Assembly: GCA_017424085.1 (NCBI GenBank)
Contig: JAFPBP010000267.1
Location: 1-32,698, forward strand
DNA: 32,698 bases
Source of the DNA: Clostridia bacterium
GTDB taxonomy: Bacteria; Bacillota; Clostridia; Oscillospirales; UBA644
Direction of reading: 5' to 3'
The stretch's first letter is position 1. The number at the start of each line of letters is the position of its first letter. Both the position numbers and the translations under genes were made by a program. Shown piece by piece: positions 1 through 8,061 of this stretch. The notes under the pieces are model-generated. The model was not told the origin of the DNA. It did no database searches and was given only the letters and a program-made list of their open reading frames with translations.

Positions 1-773
1 AAGCCGGTATCGTACTCGGTGCCCTGCAGGGCGGCGACCATGACCTCGGTGGAGGGCTGAGAGGTGCCCATGGACAAGGGGGACAGAGCGGTGTCGATGA
101 TATCGACACCTGCCTCCACTGCCTTCATAAGAACCATGGAAGCCATACCGGTGGTGTAGTGGGTGTGAAGCTCGATGGGGATCTTGACGTTCTCCTTCAG
201 AGCCTTGACCAGATCGTATGCGGTATAAGGAACCAACAGACCTGCCATATCCTTAATACAAATGGAAGAAGCACCCATGTCCTCCATCTGCTTTGCGAAG
301 GTGACAAAGGATTCGGTATTGTGGACGGGGCTGAGGGTATAGCTGAACGCCGCCTGAACGTGACCGCCTTCCTTCAGCGTTGCCTTCACGGCAGTTTCCA
401 GATTACGGATATCGTTCAGCGCATCGAAGATACGGATGATGTCGATGCCGTTGGCAACCGACTTCTGAACGAAGTATTCCACAACGTCATCAGAATAGTT
501 GCGATAGCCCAGAATGTTCTGACCGCGCAGAAGCATCTGCAGCTTGGTATTTTTCACGTGGTCACGAATGATCCGAAGTCTCTGCCAGGGATCCTCGTTC
601 AGAAAACGCATGCAGGAGTCGAAGGTAGCGCCGCCCCATGCCTCCAGAGCATTGAATCCAACCTGATCCAAAAGGGTCAGAGCGGGGAGCATCTGCTCGG
701 TGGTCATACGGGTGGCAACCAGAGACTGGTGTGCGTCACGGAGAATGGTTTCGGTAATTTTAACTTGACTCAT
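1..773 (-). CDS. Biotin-dependent carboxyltransferase of the pyruvate/oxaloacetate type (OadA / transcarboxylase 5S / PycB-like). Only the N-terminal part is present; the C-terminus lies beyond the left edge.
   Basis: It is absent from the ORF track because it runs off the edge. My translation of the reverse strand from the ATG at 771-773 reads MSQVKITETILRDAHQSLVATRMTTEQMLPALTLLDQVGFNALEAWGGATFDSCMRFLNEDPWQRL...IELHTHYTTGMAS. The LRDAHQS and HTH motifs are typical of this TIM-barrel carboxyltransferase domain. The gene lies 22 nt downstream of the beta-subunit gene, with a GAAGGG purine run before the ATG. Confidence 0.85.
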   Translation of the reverse strand, partial: MSQVKITETILRDAHQSLVATRMTTEQMLPALTLLDQVGFNALEAWGGATFDSCMRFLNEDPWQRLRIIRDHVKNTKLQMLLRGQNILGYRNYSDDVVEYFVQKSVANGIDIIRIFDALNDIRNLETAVKATLKEGGHVQAAFSYTLSPVHNTESFVTFAKQMEDMGASSICIKDMAGLLVPYTAYDLVKALKENVKIPIELHTHYTTGMASMVLMKAVEAGVDIIDTALSPLSMGTSQPSTEVMVAALQGTEYDTG

Positions 774-795
774 ATCGTACATACCCTTCTTTCTG

Positions 796-1980
796 TCAGT
801 TGCCGAACATATTCAGGAAAACGCCTGCCGCAACGGCAGAGCCGATCACGCCTGCAACGTTGGGACCCATGGCGTGCATGAGCAGGAAGTTGCCGGGGTC
901 TTCCTCCTGTCCGACGGTGTTTGCCACACGTGCCGCCATAGGAACGGCGGAAACGCCTGCGGCGCCGATCAGAGGATTGATCTTTCCTCCGCTGAAGAAG
1001 CACATGACCTTTCCCAGAAGAACGCCGCCCGCCGTAGCACAGGCAAAGGCAAAGAGACCCATGCAGATGATCAGCAAAGTATCCAACTTCAGGAAGTTCT
1101 CCGCCGTGGCGGTGGCACCAACGGTCAAGCCGAGGAAGATCGTAATAATGTTCATCAGTTCGTTTTGCGCGGTTTTGCTGATCCGATCCACAACGCCGCA
1201 TTCCTTTGCCAGATTGCCCAGCATCAGCATACCGACCAGAGGACCCGCATCGGGAATCAGCAGGGTTACGATGATCGTAACGGCAATGGGGAAAACGATT
1301 CGTTCCAGACGGGAAACCGAACGGAGGTTTTCCATGCGGATCAAGCGCTCTTTTCTGGTGGTCAGTCCCCGCATGATGGGCGGCTGAATGATGGGAACCA
1401 GCGCCATGTAGGAATACGCCGCAACGGCAATGGGACCCAGCAGATCGGGAGCAAGGCTCTTGGTTACCAGAATTGCCGTGGGACCGTCCGCACCGCCGAT
1501 GATGGCGATGGCGGCGGCTTGCGCCGCGTCAAATCCGAAAATCAGAGCCAGAATAAAGGTGATGAAAATACCAAACTGCGCCGCCGCACCCAAAAGAATG
1601 CTCTTGGGATTCGCGATCAGCGGGGAAAAATCGGTCATGGCGCCAACCCCCAGGAAGATCAAGGGAGGATAAATTCCCAGCTTGACCCCCAGATACAGGA
1701 AGTCGAACAAACCGCCCTTGGAGATCACCTCGGTGATGTCAAAGGTTCCTCCGTCAAACAGCTCCATATGCATGAGGTTTGCGAAGGGAAGGTTGGTCAG
1801 AAGCATGCCGAACGCAATGGGCAACAGGAGCAGAGGCTCAAACTTGCGCCCGATGGCAAGGTAGATCAGGAAGCAGGAGACCCCGATCATAATCAGATTC
1901 TTCCAGCCTCCTGCCTCGAAGAATGCCGCAAAACCTGAGTTTTGAGCAAAATCCGCGAGGACGTCAAAGATTGCATTCAT
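796..1980 (-). CDS. Na+-translocating decarboxylase, integral membrane beta subunit (OadB/MmdB/GcdB family)
   Basis: This is a 394-aa polytopic membrane ORF. Its N-terminus ([65 protein letters not shown]) and internal stretches ([22 protein letters not shown]) match the family as I recall it. A GGAAGAGGG RBS lies upstream, and the gene sits in an operon with a biotin carrier and carboxyltransferases. Confidence 0.9.
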   Translation of the reverse strand: MNAIFDVLADFAQNSGFAAFFEAGGWKNLIMIGVSCFLIYLAIGRKFEPLLLLPIAFGMLLTNLPFANLMHMELFDGGTFDITEVISKGGLFDFLYLGVKLGIYPPLIFLGVGAMTDFSPLIANPKSILLGAAAQFGIFITFILALIFGFDAAQAAAIAIIGGADGPTAILVTKSLAPDLLGPIAVAAYSYMALVPIIQPPIMRGLTTRKERLIRMENLRSVSRLERIVFPIAVTIIVTLLIPDAGPLVGMLMLGNLAKECGVVDRISKTAQNELMNIITIFLGLTVGATATAENFLKLDTLLIICMGLFAFACATAGGVLLGKVMCFFSGGKINPLIGAAGVSAVPMAARVANTVGQEEDPGNFLLMHAMGPNVAGVIGSAVAAGVFLNMFGN

Positions 1981-2006
1981 ATTGATTTACACCCTCTTCC
2001 GAGAAC

Positions 2007-2357
2007 TCAGGAAAGAGAAACCAACAGATCGCCCGTATTAACGGTTGCACCCTGAGACACGTGAACGGCAGCAACGGAGCCGTCACGGCTTGCCTTGATA
2101 TCGTTCTCCATCTTCATGGCTTCCAGAACGCAGAGGGTATCGCCCTTCTTCACGGTGTCTCCGACCTTAACGTTGACCTTCATGATATTGCCGGGCATGG
2201 GAGCCTTAACGCCTTCTGCATTGGCAGGAGCGGCGGCAGCGGCAGGAGCAGCAGCAACGGGAGCGGGAGCGGCAACGGGCGCAGAGGCAACCACGCCGAC
2301 CTCTTCCACGGAAACTTCATAGGTGGTACCGTTTACGGTGATGTTATACTTTTTCAT
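2007..2357 (-). CDS. Biotin carboxyl carrier protein (biotinyl domain subunit, MmdC/GcdC/1.3S-like)
   Basis: The ORF is 116 aa, has an Ala/Pro-rich linker (APVAAPAPVAAAPAAAAAPA) and carries the biotinylation motif EAMKMEN near the C-terminus. An AAAGGAAG RBS lies upstream. Confidence 0.9.
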   Translation of the reverse strand: MKKYNITVNGTTYEVSVEEVGVVASAPVAAPAPVAAAPAAAAAPANAEGVKAPMPGNIMKVNVKVGDTVKKGDTLCVLEAMKMENDIKASRDGSVAAVHVSQGATVNTGDLLVSLS

Positions 2358-2393
2358 AGCGATATCTTCCTTTCAAAAGATCATTTCGATAAT

Positions 2394-2753
2394 TTACAGA
2401 ATTCGACGGAAGGAGCGAATGCGGTAACGGGAGGAAGCCACGTCGCAGCCCTCGTATGCGGCAACGGCGGCGGCTAACACTGCGATCAATTCCTCCTGAT
2501 TCGTCGTTGCCACAGGGGCGACAACGGGAGCAGGCGCGGGAATCAGCTCTTCGGATTCGGAAACGGGAATCAGCTTCTTCTTCCGAGGACGCCCGAACAC
2601 CAAACGGAACAGGGAGATGATCAGCATAATCACAGCAAGAACGGCAAACACGATCAGAAGACCGATCGCCGCAACGCCCAAGCCGTAGCCCAGCTTTCCG
2701 CTCAGATCCTCGGGGATCTCAACCGCATAGGAGGCGAGAAGATGCATCATCAT
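2394..2753 (-). CDS. Small membrane-anchored decarboxylase subunit (OadG / MmdD-like)
   Basis: The ORF is 119 aa with one hydrophobic helix (LGVAAIGLLIVFAVLAVIMLIISLF), followed by RPRKKK and an Ala/Pro-rich tail. Its position between the carboxyltransferase and carrier genes matches Na+-pump decarboxylase operons. Its ATG overlaps the upstream stop codon (ATGA, 2750-2753). Confidence 0.6.
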   Translation of the reverse strand: MMMHLLASYAVEIPEDLSGKLGYGLGVAAIGLLIVFAVLAVIMLIISLFRLVFGRPRKKKLIPVSESEELIPAPAPVVAPVATTNQEELIAVLAAAVAAYEGCDVASSRYRIRSFRRIL

Positions 2754-4171
2754 ACACCGTCTCCTTCCTGCAGGAACAGATTCAGAGAGCTGATCAGCAG
2801 CTGACGGGTGGTTTCGTAATCGATAATATCGTCCACGTAGCCGCGCTGAGCCGCCTGCAAGGGAGACGCCATGGTCTCACCGTAGGAGGCGATGAGTTCT
2901 TCACGGGTCGCCACAGGATCGGCAGAATCGGAAATTTCTTTTCCGCAAAGGAAGACCGCACCCGTATCGGCGGGAAGGGCGGCGATCTGAGCGGTGGGAT
3001 ATGCAAGAACCACGTCGGCACCGGTGTGCTTGGCACCCATGGAGAGGTAGCCCGCACCGTAGGCTTTTCCGACGATCAGAGTGATCTTCACCGCATCGGA
3101 GGAGGCGTAAGCGGCAACCAGACGGGCGCTTTCGGAAATGTTTTCGCCCACCTCGGCGGCAAAGCCGTTGGTGTCGACCAGGGTGATCACGGGGATATCG
3201 TAGCTATCGCAGAATTCGATAAATTTGGCGGCCTTATCGCATGCCTTGGCGTCCAGATCACCGTTCTTCTCGGCAGGCTGGTTTGCAACCACGCCGCAGG
3301 GGGTGCCGTCCAGATGGATCAGACCCGTAACGATGTTCTTGGCGTAGCCGCCCGCGAATTCCACCATCTGACCGCAGTCGGCGATCTGACCGATGAGGGC
3401 GGAGACGTCGTAGTTTTCGGCAGAAATCAGAGCGGGAATTGCGTCGGTGAGACGGTTCACATCGTCGGCGGGCTCCACGGCTCCGAAGAAATTCAAAAAT
3501 GCCTTCACGGCACCGACGGCTTCGGCTTCGGTATCACAAACGGCGGAGGCGAGCCCCGATGCGTAGGCGGAAGCGGAATCGCCCGTAACTTCTCCGTAGC
3601 GTGCCTGAACCACGGAAGGAGCGGACAGGAACAGCTCGGCGTTTTTCAGAACCACCGTATAGTCGGCAAAGGCGGGAAGGAAGGACATGGCGCCGGCGCA
3701 TACGCCGCTGACCACGCAGACGTGAGGGATCTCGCCCTGCATTTCGCTGCAGAGAGAAAGAATTTCACCGTATCCCGCAAGGGCATCCATTCCCTCGCCG
3801 AGATTCATTCCGCAGGAGTCCAAAAAGGACACCAGAGGAGCATCGGTCTTCATCGCCATATGAACGATATTTTTGATCTTGCGGGCGTGCATTTCGCTGA
3901 TGGCGCCCTTATTGACGGCGGGATCCTGAGCAAAGGCGTAAACAAGAACGCCGTCCACGGCTCCGTAGCCGGTCACCACCGATTCTGCGGAATCGGAGCA
4001 GCCGAATTCCGTAGGACGCTGGCGGACGAAGGCACCCACCTCAACGAAGGTTCCTTCATCAAAGAGAAGCGACAGCCGTTCCCGTGCCGAGAGTCCGGAT
4101 CCGACTGCGGATTTGCGCTCGATCTCAGCCCGAAGAGCAGCGATCTGAGCGGACTTTTCCTGTGCTTTCAT
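2750..4171 (-). CDS. Acyl-CoA carboxyltransferase subunit (MmdA / GcdA / propionyl-CoA carboxylase beta / 12S-like)
   Basis: The ORF is 473 aa and shows a two-lobed carboxyl-transferase pattern (VVTGYGAVDGVLVYAFAQD, SGVCAGAMSFLPAFADY, GVVANQP, PVITLVDTNGF, IVGKAYGAGY). An AGGAGGA RBS lies before the ATG at 4171. It is the first gene of the operon. Confidence 0.85.
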   Translation of the reverse strand: MKAQEKSAQIAALRAEIERKSAVGSGLSARERLSLLFDEGTFVEVGAFVRQRPTEFGCSDSAESVVTGYGAVDGVLVYAFAQDPAVNKGAISEMHARKIKNIVHMAMKTDAPLVSFLDSCGMNLGEGMDALAGYGEILSLCSEMQGEIPHVCVVSGVCAGAMSFLPAFADYTVVLKNAELFLSAPSVVQARYGEVTGDSASAYASGLASAVCDTEAEAVGAVKAFLNFFGAVEPADDVNRLTDAIPALISAENYDVSALIGQIADCGQMVEFAGGYAKNIVTGLIHLDGTPCGVVANQPAEKNGDLDAKACDKAAKFIEFCDSYDIPVITLVDTNGFAAEVGENISESARLVAAYASSDAVKITLIVGKAYGAGYLSMGAKHTGADVVLAYPTAQIAALPADTGAVFLCGKEISDSADPVATREELIASYGETMASPLQAAQRGYVDDIIDYETTRQLLISSLNLFLQEGDGV

Positions 4172-4246
4172 GAATATATCCTCCTAAAGATTTAATAGAC
4201 GATTCGTTCCTTGCGGACACAGATTCCACAAGTTACTCCATTGTAT

Positions 4247-4275
4247 ATTATACTACAATATCTCTTTTTTTTCAA
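4247..4275 (-). promoter_or_regulatory. SigA-type promoter of the decarboxylase operon
   Basis: The reverse strand reads TTGAAA, then 17 nt, then TATAAT (-35 at 4270-4275, -10 at 4247-4252). It lies about 75 nt upstream of the ATG at 4171, in an AT-rich intergenic region. Confidence 0.7.
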
Positions 4276-4337
4276 GTGCATACGGGAAGGAAAATTATTA
4301 CATTTTTGCAAACTTCCTCCAACCCCGTTTCTTATGT

Positions 4338-4393
4338 AAAAAAATCCCCGAAAAGCGTGACGTACCTCATCTGAGAGATCACGCTTTGCGGGG
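4338..4393 (-). terminator. Rho-independent terminator after the 4405-5136 gene
   Basis: The inverted repeat ccccgaaaagcgtga (4346-4360) / tcacgctttgcgggg (4379-4393) has one mismatch. On the minus strand it is followed by a T7 run (the A run at 4338-4344). It starts 12 nt after the stop codon. Confidence 0.6.
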
Positions 4394-4404
4394 GTGAGAG
4401 AAGG

Positions 4405-5136
4405 TCATCGACGTTTCATAAACCAATATACGGCAAGAAGGACCACGGCAAGCACGAGAATGATCACGAACAGCCACGTTCCCCACATGGGAGCGGTTTC
4501 TTCCACGTCGGATACGACGTCGGAGATCATTTGGGAGGGCGACGAGACCTTATCGGTGGACGAATCGGTCAGGTTGGTGGTGGCGTCGGTCACCGTATCG
4601 GTCATGCTGTCCGTAGTAGCGGAGGAATCGGAAGCGGGCAGGTCGGTGGCAGTCCCGTCGGTTCCCACGCGGGAGCCGCGCACGAAAGACACCCTTCCGT
4701 CGTCGCCCACGGTGGCGTAGCCGTTCTTAAAGTTCTGATACCAGGTTCCGTTGACCTGATAGGCGTCGGATTGGGGATGTCCCAAGGTTCCAAGTCCGCC
4801 CAACGATTCCAGCCCCTCATAGATGGGTCCCCGCATCACGTAGGGCGTGTAGTCCGACCCAACGAAAATAGCGGCACCGTTGTTATCGGGATCGGAATAG
4901 GGCTGCCAATAATAGCCGTCCCGCTGGGTCACGTAGCCCGAGGGAACCCCCTCGTACATCCACTCGGAAAACCGATCTGCAGCGGAGCGGAAGGCATCGG
5001 CGATCCGTCCGTCGGTGAGAAGCCCACCCTCCGACGCACCGATCTGATATTCGGTGGTTTGTGCGGAAAGGGGAAGCGCGGCAAAGACAAAGAGAAGCGC
5101 CAGCGCAAGAGTCACGGTAATAAGCGTTTTTTTCAA
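4405..5136 (-). CDS. Secreted protein with a C-terminal membrane anchor, a possible LGFP-like repeat and a Ser/Thr/Asp-rich stalk
   Basis: The ORF is 243 aa and starts at a TTG 8 nt after GGAGG. It has a signal peptide (MKKTLITVTLALALLFVFAALPLSAQ). The segment LGHPQSDAYQVNGTWYQNFKNGYA resembles the LGFP repeat pattern. A T/S/D-rich linker follows, then a terminal TM helix (WLFVIILVLAVVLLAVYWF) and KRR. Confidence 0.75.
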   Translation of the reverse strand: MKKTLITVTLALALLFVFAALPLSAQTTEYQIGASEGGLLTDGRIADAFRSAADRFSEWMYEGVPSGYVTQRDGYYWQPYSDPDNNGAAIFVGSDYTPYVMRGPIYEGLESLGGLGTLGHPQSDAYQVNGTWYQNFKNGYATVGDDGRVSFVRGSRVGTDGTATDLPASDSSATTDSMTDTVTDATTNLTDSSTDKVSSPSQMISDVVSDVEETAPMWGTWLFVIILVLAVVLLAVYWFMKRR

Positions 5137-5202
5137 GGCAAAAGCCTCCTTTCGCCCCTTATTGTTTCCGAAATTTTCCCCCTCTTTCCTGCCATTTTTT
5201 AC

Positions 5203-5237
5203 AAAAAAACCGCCCCGCCGCAGAAGCGGCGGAGCGG
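5203..5237 (-). terminator. Rho-independent terminator after the oxidoreductase gene
   Basis: On the minus strand a GC-rich stem (ccgctccgccgc/gcggcggggcgg, one G-U pair) is followed by TTTTTTTGT. It begins 9 nt after the stop codon at 5246-5248. Confidence 0.8.
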
Positions 5238-5245
5238 CACGAGAA

Positions 5246-6337
5246 TCAGTTAAAATAGATGGTTTTTCCGGTCTTGTAAGATTCGTAGATGGCTTCGAGG
5301 ATCTGAGAAACCACCAACGCCTGCTCGGGAAGAACGCAGGGAGCGGTGCCCTCCCGCAGGCTCTTCAGCCATTGACGGGCTTCCGCCAGCGCGGGGCTGT
5401 CTCCCGCGGATCCATCGTAGAAGGCGACGCCGCCCTTCTTCAGATCAACGTTCTTCGTGTACAGACGGGAATACTCTTCCCCATTGATGCGAACGCCGTC
5501 CACAAAGTCCACGCCCGCCTCAGTGCCTGCCAGCACGTACTGTGCCTCGCGGGTATCCGCCAGATTGATCGCCCAAGACGATTCGAGAATGATGGTGGCG
5601 CCGTTCTTCATCTTAATGAAGCCGAAGGCGGAGTCCTCCACCGTGTACTTCGCGGGATCCCAGGGACCCCAAGCGTTTGCGGCATTTTCTCTGCCACGAA
5701 GCTCGTAATGTACGTTACCCGTAACCGATTCCACCTCGTAGTTGTTCATGGTCCAGAGGGTCAGGTCAAGCGCATGGGTTCCGATATCGATCAGAGGACC
5801 GCCGCCCTGCTCCTCTTCGTTGAGGAAAACGCCCCACGTGGGTACGGCGCGGCGACGGAGCGCCAAAGCCTTACCGTAATAAATTTTGCCGAAAACGCCG
5901 TCCTCCGCCATCTTCTTCACCAGCTGCATGTTCGTTGCCTGGCGGTTCTGATAACCGATGGTGAGGGTCTTACCCGTGCGCTTTGCCGCTTCCAGCATCT
6001 GCTTGGCTTCGGCGGCGGTTTTTGCCATGGGCTTTTCGCACATGACGTTCTTTCCTGCCTCCAGAGCGGCGATGGAAATGGGGGCATGGGACTTGTTGGG
6101 AGTACAAACGTGAACAACGTCAATGGTCTCGTCCTTCAGCAATTCACGGTAATCGGTATAAACCTTTGCATCGGGGGTACCGAAATCTGCTTTTGCCTTT
6201 TCGGCGCGTCCGATGATCAGGTCACAGAAGGCGACCATTTCGCATTCGGAGCTCAGCGCCTTCAGAGAAGGCATATGCTTACCGTTTGCAATACCGCCGC
6301 ATCCGATGATTCCGATGCGAAATTTTTTCTGTTCCAT
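5246..6337 (-). CDS. Gfo/Idh/MocA family NAD(P)-dependent oxidoreductase
   Basis: It has the Rossmann motif FRIGIIGCGGIANGKH and the family EKP motif (VMCEKPMA). I moved the start to the ATG at 6335-6337 (MEQKKF), which has AAAGGAG 7 nt upstream. The track start at 6382 would overlap the upstream gene. Confidence 0.9.
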   Translation of the reverse strand: MEQKKFRIGIIGCGGIANGKHMPSLKALSSECEMVAFCDLIIGRAEKAKADFGTPDAKVYTDYRELLKDETIDVVHVCTPNKSHAPISIAALEAGKNVMCEKPMAKTAAEAKQMLEAAKRTGKTLTIGYQNRQATNMQLVKKMAEDGVFGKIYYGKALALRRRAVPTWGVFLNEEEQGGGPLIDIGTHALDLTLWTMNNYEVESVTGNVHYELRGRENAANAWGPWDPAKYTVEDSAFGFIKMKNGATIILESSWAINLADTREAQYVLAGTEAGVDFVDGVRINGEEYSRLYTKNVDLKKGGVAFYDGSAGDSPALAEARQWLKSLREGTAPCVLPEQALVVSQILEAIYESYKTGKTIYFN

Positions 6338-6374
6338 AACGAATCTCCTTTTTATTAACACGGAAACTTCCGCT

Positions 6375-7325
6375 TTATTCACTTAATTCGGATCTGCCGC
6401 CCCGCTGGATCACGACAGAGTCTCCTGCCTTGGAATCCTTGACGACCTTCTTCTTGCGAAGGAAAGAAATTTCACGGTAGCCCATTTCGTAGCCCACCTG
6501 CGCAGCAACGCAGAGCACCAGCAGGCACAGACAGTAGATCACCGAGCTGAGCACGGGGTTGGCGTCGCCTGCAAAGATGGCGCAGAAATACTGAAGGGCG
6601 ATGACGCAGATCGACTTGACCACCGTCAAAGCCACCTGCCAGCCGGGGTAGCTGCCCATAACGTCGTTGATATCGTCCACGGCGTTTTTGCATTCCTCGA
6701 ACGCCGCGATCTGATCGTCGGTCAGATTTGCGTCGTCGGTATAATAAACCATTACGGTTTCGCCCGCCTCGTTCACGGTCTCAACACCGTAGACCTTGCC
6801 TGCGTCGGACGCCTTGCCGTCGCAGATCACGCGGACACCCTTGGAGGTGACGTAGGTAATGTTGGTAATGACCGCGTCGGTGCCGAAGCGGATCTCGGAA
6901 ATATACCCCTCCTTGCCCGAATGCTCCCGCAGGGAAACGTTGAAGTTGGAGTCTTTTTCCAGAGTCGTGACCTCACCCGTGAAATACGCCTTGTATTCGT
7001 CGGGGACGGGATCGGGGAAGAAATTGGGAATGATGTTTACGATCATCAGAGGAATCACCAGGATCAGAGCGCAGACCGCACCCTTCCAGCGGAAGAAGGG
7101 CATCTGCCCGATCTTGACACGGTTCACGTCCAGCCCGCCCTCGGTCTTCATGGTAAACCAGAAATAATAAATCAGGGCAATGAAATAGAAGACGCCGAAC
7201 AGGGGGCCCAAAAGATCCGACGATGTGGCGATGATAACGATGCACATAAAGACGAATACGCAGATCATCAGATACCGCAACGCCAGATCGCGGACGTTTT
7301 TCCAGATATTAAGCTCTTTCATCAT
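6375..7325 (-). CDS. Hypothetical polytopic membrane protein with a central soluble domain of about 130 aa
   Basis: The ORF is 316 aa with hydrophobic helices at both ends and a hydrophilic middle (EYKAYFTGEVTTLEKDSNFNVSLREHSGKEGY...). The start codons ATGATG lie 3 nt after the upstream stop, with GGGAGAAG before them. I recognise no family. Confidence 0.7.
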   Translation of the reverse strand: MMKELNIWKNVRDLALRYLMICVFVFMCIVIIATSSDLLGPLFGVFYFIALIYYFWFTMKTEGGLDVNRVKIGQMPFFRWKGAVCALILVIPLMIVNIIPNFFPDPVPDEYKAYFTGEVTTLEKDSNFNVSLREHSGKEGYISEIRFGTDAVITNITYVTSKGVRVICDGKASDAGKVYGVETVNEAGETVMVYYTDDANLTDDQIAAFEECKNAVDDINDVMGSYPGWQVALTVVKSICVIALQYFCAIFAGDANPVLSSVIYCLCLLVLCVAAQVGYEMGYREISFLRKKKVVKDSKAGDSVVIQRGGRSELSE

Positions 7326-7328
7326 AAG

Positions 7329-7922
7329 TTATTCTTCTCCCTCGGTGAGTTGTTTTGCTCCAAGATAGGTCCGCAGGATCTCCCGCACAGACGTAAGGAT
7401 CATGGCAAGGGTCACAACGCCCTCCACGAAATGAAAGTCCTGCAGAACGGTTCCGTCCAGATAATTGCTGATGGCAGAGCCATAGATGGCATAAGACAAC
7501 AGATAGGTCAATACAATGCCCAAAAAGCCCGCCCCCGTAAAGATCACAAGCGTGCGGATGCCCCGATGCAAAAACGCCAGCTCGGGCTCGTCCTCTATGG
7601 GCAAATTCAGAAAGCATTGCCCCAACAAAATCACGGACAACACCAAAAGCACCGAAAGAGGGGACGTATCGTTGGCGTACCCCGAAAGACTTGTCATATC
7701 GAAAAAGGAGCCTACGGCGCAAACAACAAGGATCAGCAGACTGATGACCCCCAGCCCCACGGAAAACGCAACCCCCTTGAAACGGGCGCGCACGGAGCAG
7801 CAGGCGGCAAGGGAGATCATGCAAGCCCCCAGAGAGGGAAGCACCGAGCCTCCCAAAAGACTGCCCACGATCATCACGGCGATCCCCGCAAGCAATTCGA
7901 TCCACAGACAGCGCTTGAGCAA
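7329..7922 (-). CDS. Hypothetical integral membrane protein (about 6 hydrophobic helices)
   Basis: The ORF is 197 aa. The track start is a TTG at 7920-7922, but the strong AAAGGAGG lies 17 nt upstream of it, so the true start is uncertain. An in-frame CTG 8 nt after the RBS is an alternative. I recognise no family. Confidence 0.6.
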   Translation of the reverse strand: MLKRCLWIELLAGIAVMIVGSLLGGSVLPSLGACMISLAACCSVRARFKGVAFSVGLGVISLLILVVCAVGSFFDMTSLSGYANDTSPLSVLLVLSVILLGQCFLNLPIEDEPELAFLHRGIRTLVIFTGAGFLGIVLTYLLSYAIYGSAISNYLDGTVLQDFHFVEGVVTLAMILTSVREILRTYLGAKQLTEGEE

Positions 7923-8016
7923 ACGATCCAGAACGGATTCCTCCTTTGAAACAACGACCGCACCCGTCTCTCACGGGAAAGACGGGTCACGAGCCGACGA
8001 ACGGTTATAATATACT

Positions 8017-8044
8017 ATTATACAATAATAAAACGGCGTATCAA
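8017..8044 (-). promoter_or_regulatory. SigA-type promoter for the 7922-to-5246 operon
   Basis: The reverse strand reads TTGATA, then 16 nt, then TATAAT (-35 at 8039-8044, -10 at 8017-8022). The predicted leader contains an 8-bp hairpin (acccgtct 7962-7969 / agacgggt 7980-7987). Confidence 0.6.
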
Positions 8045-8061
8045 GAAAAAATTTGCGACAT

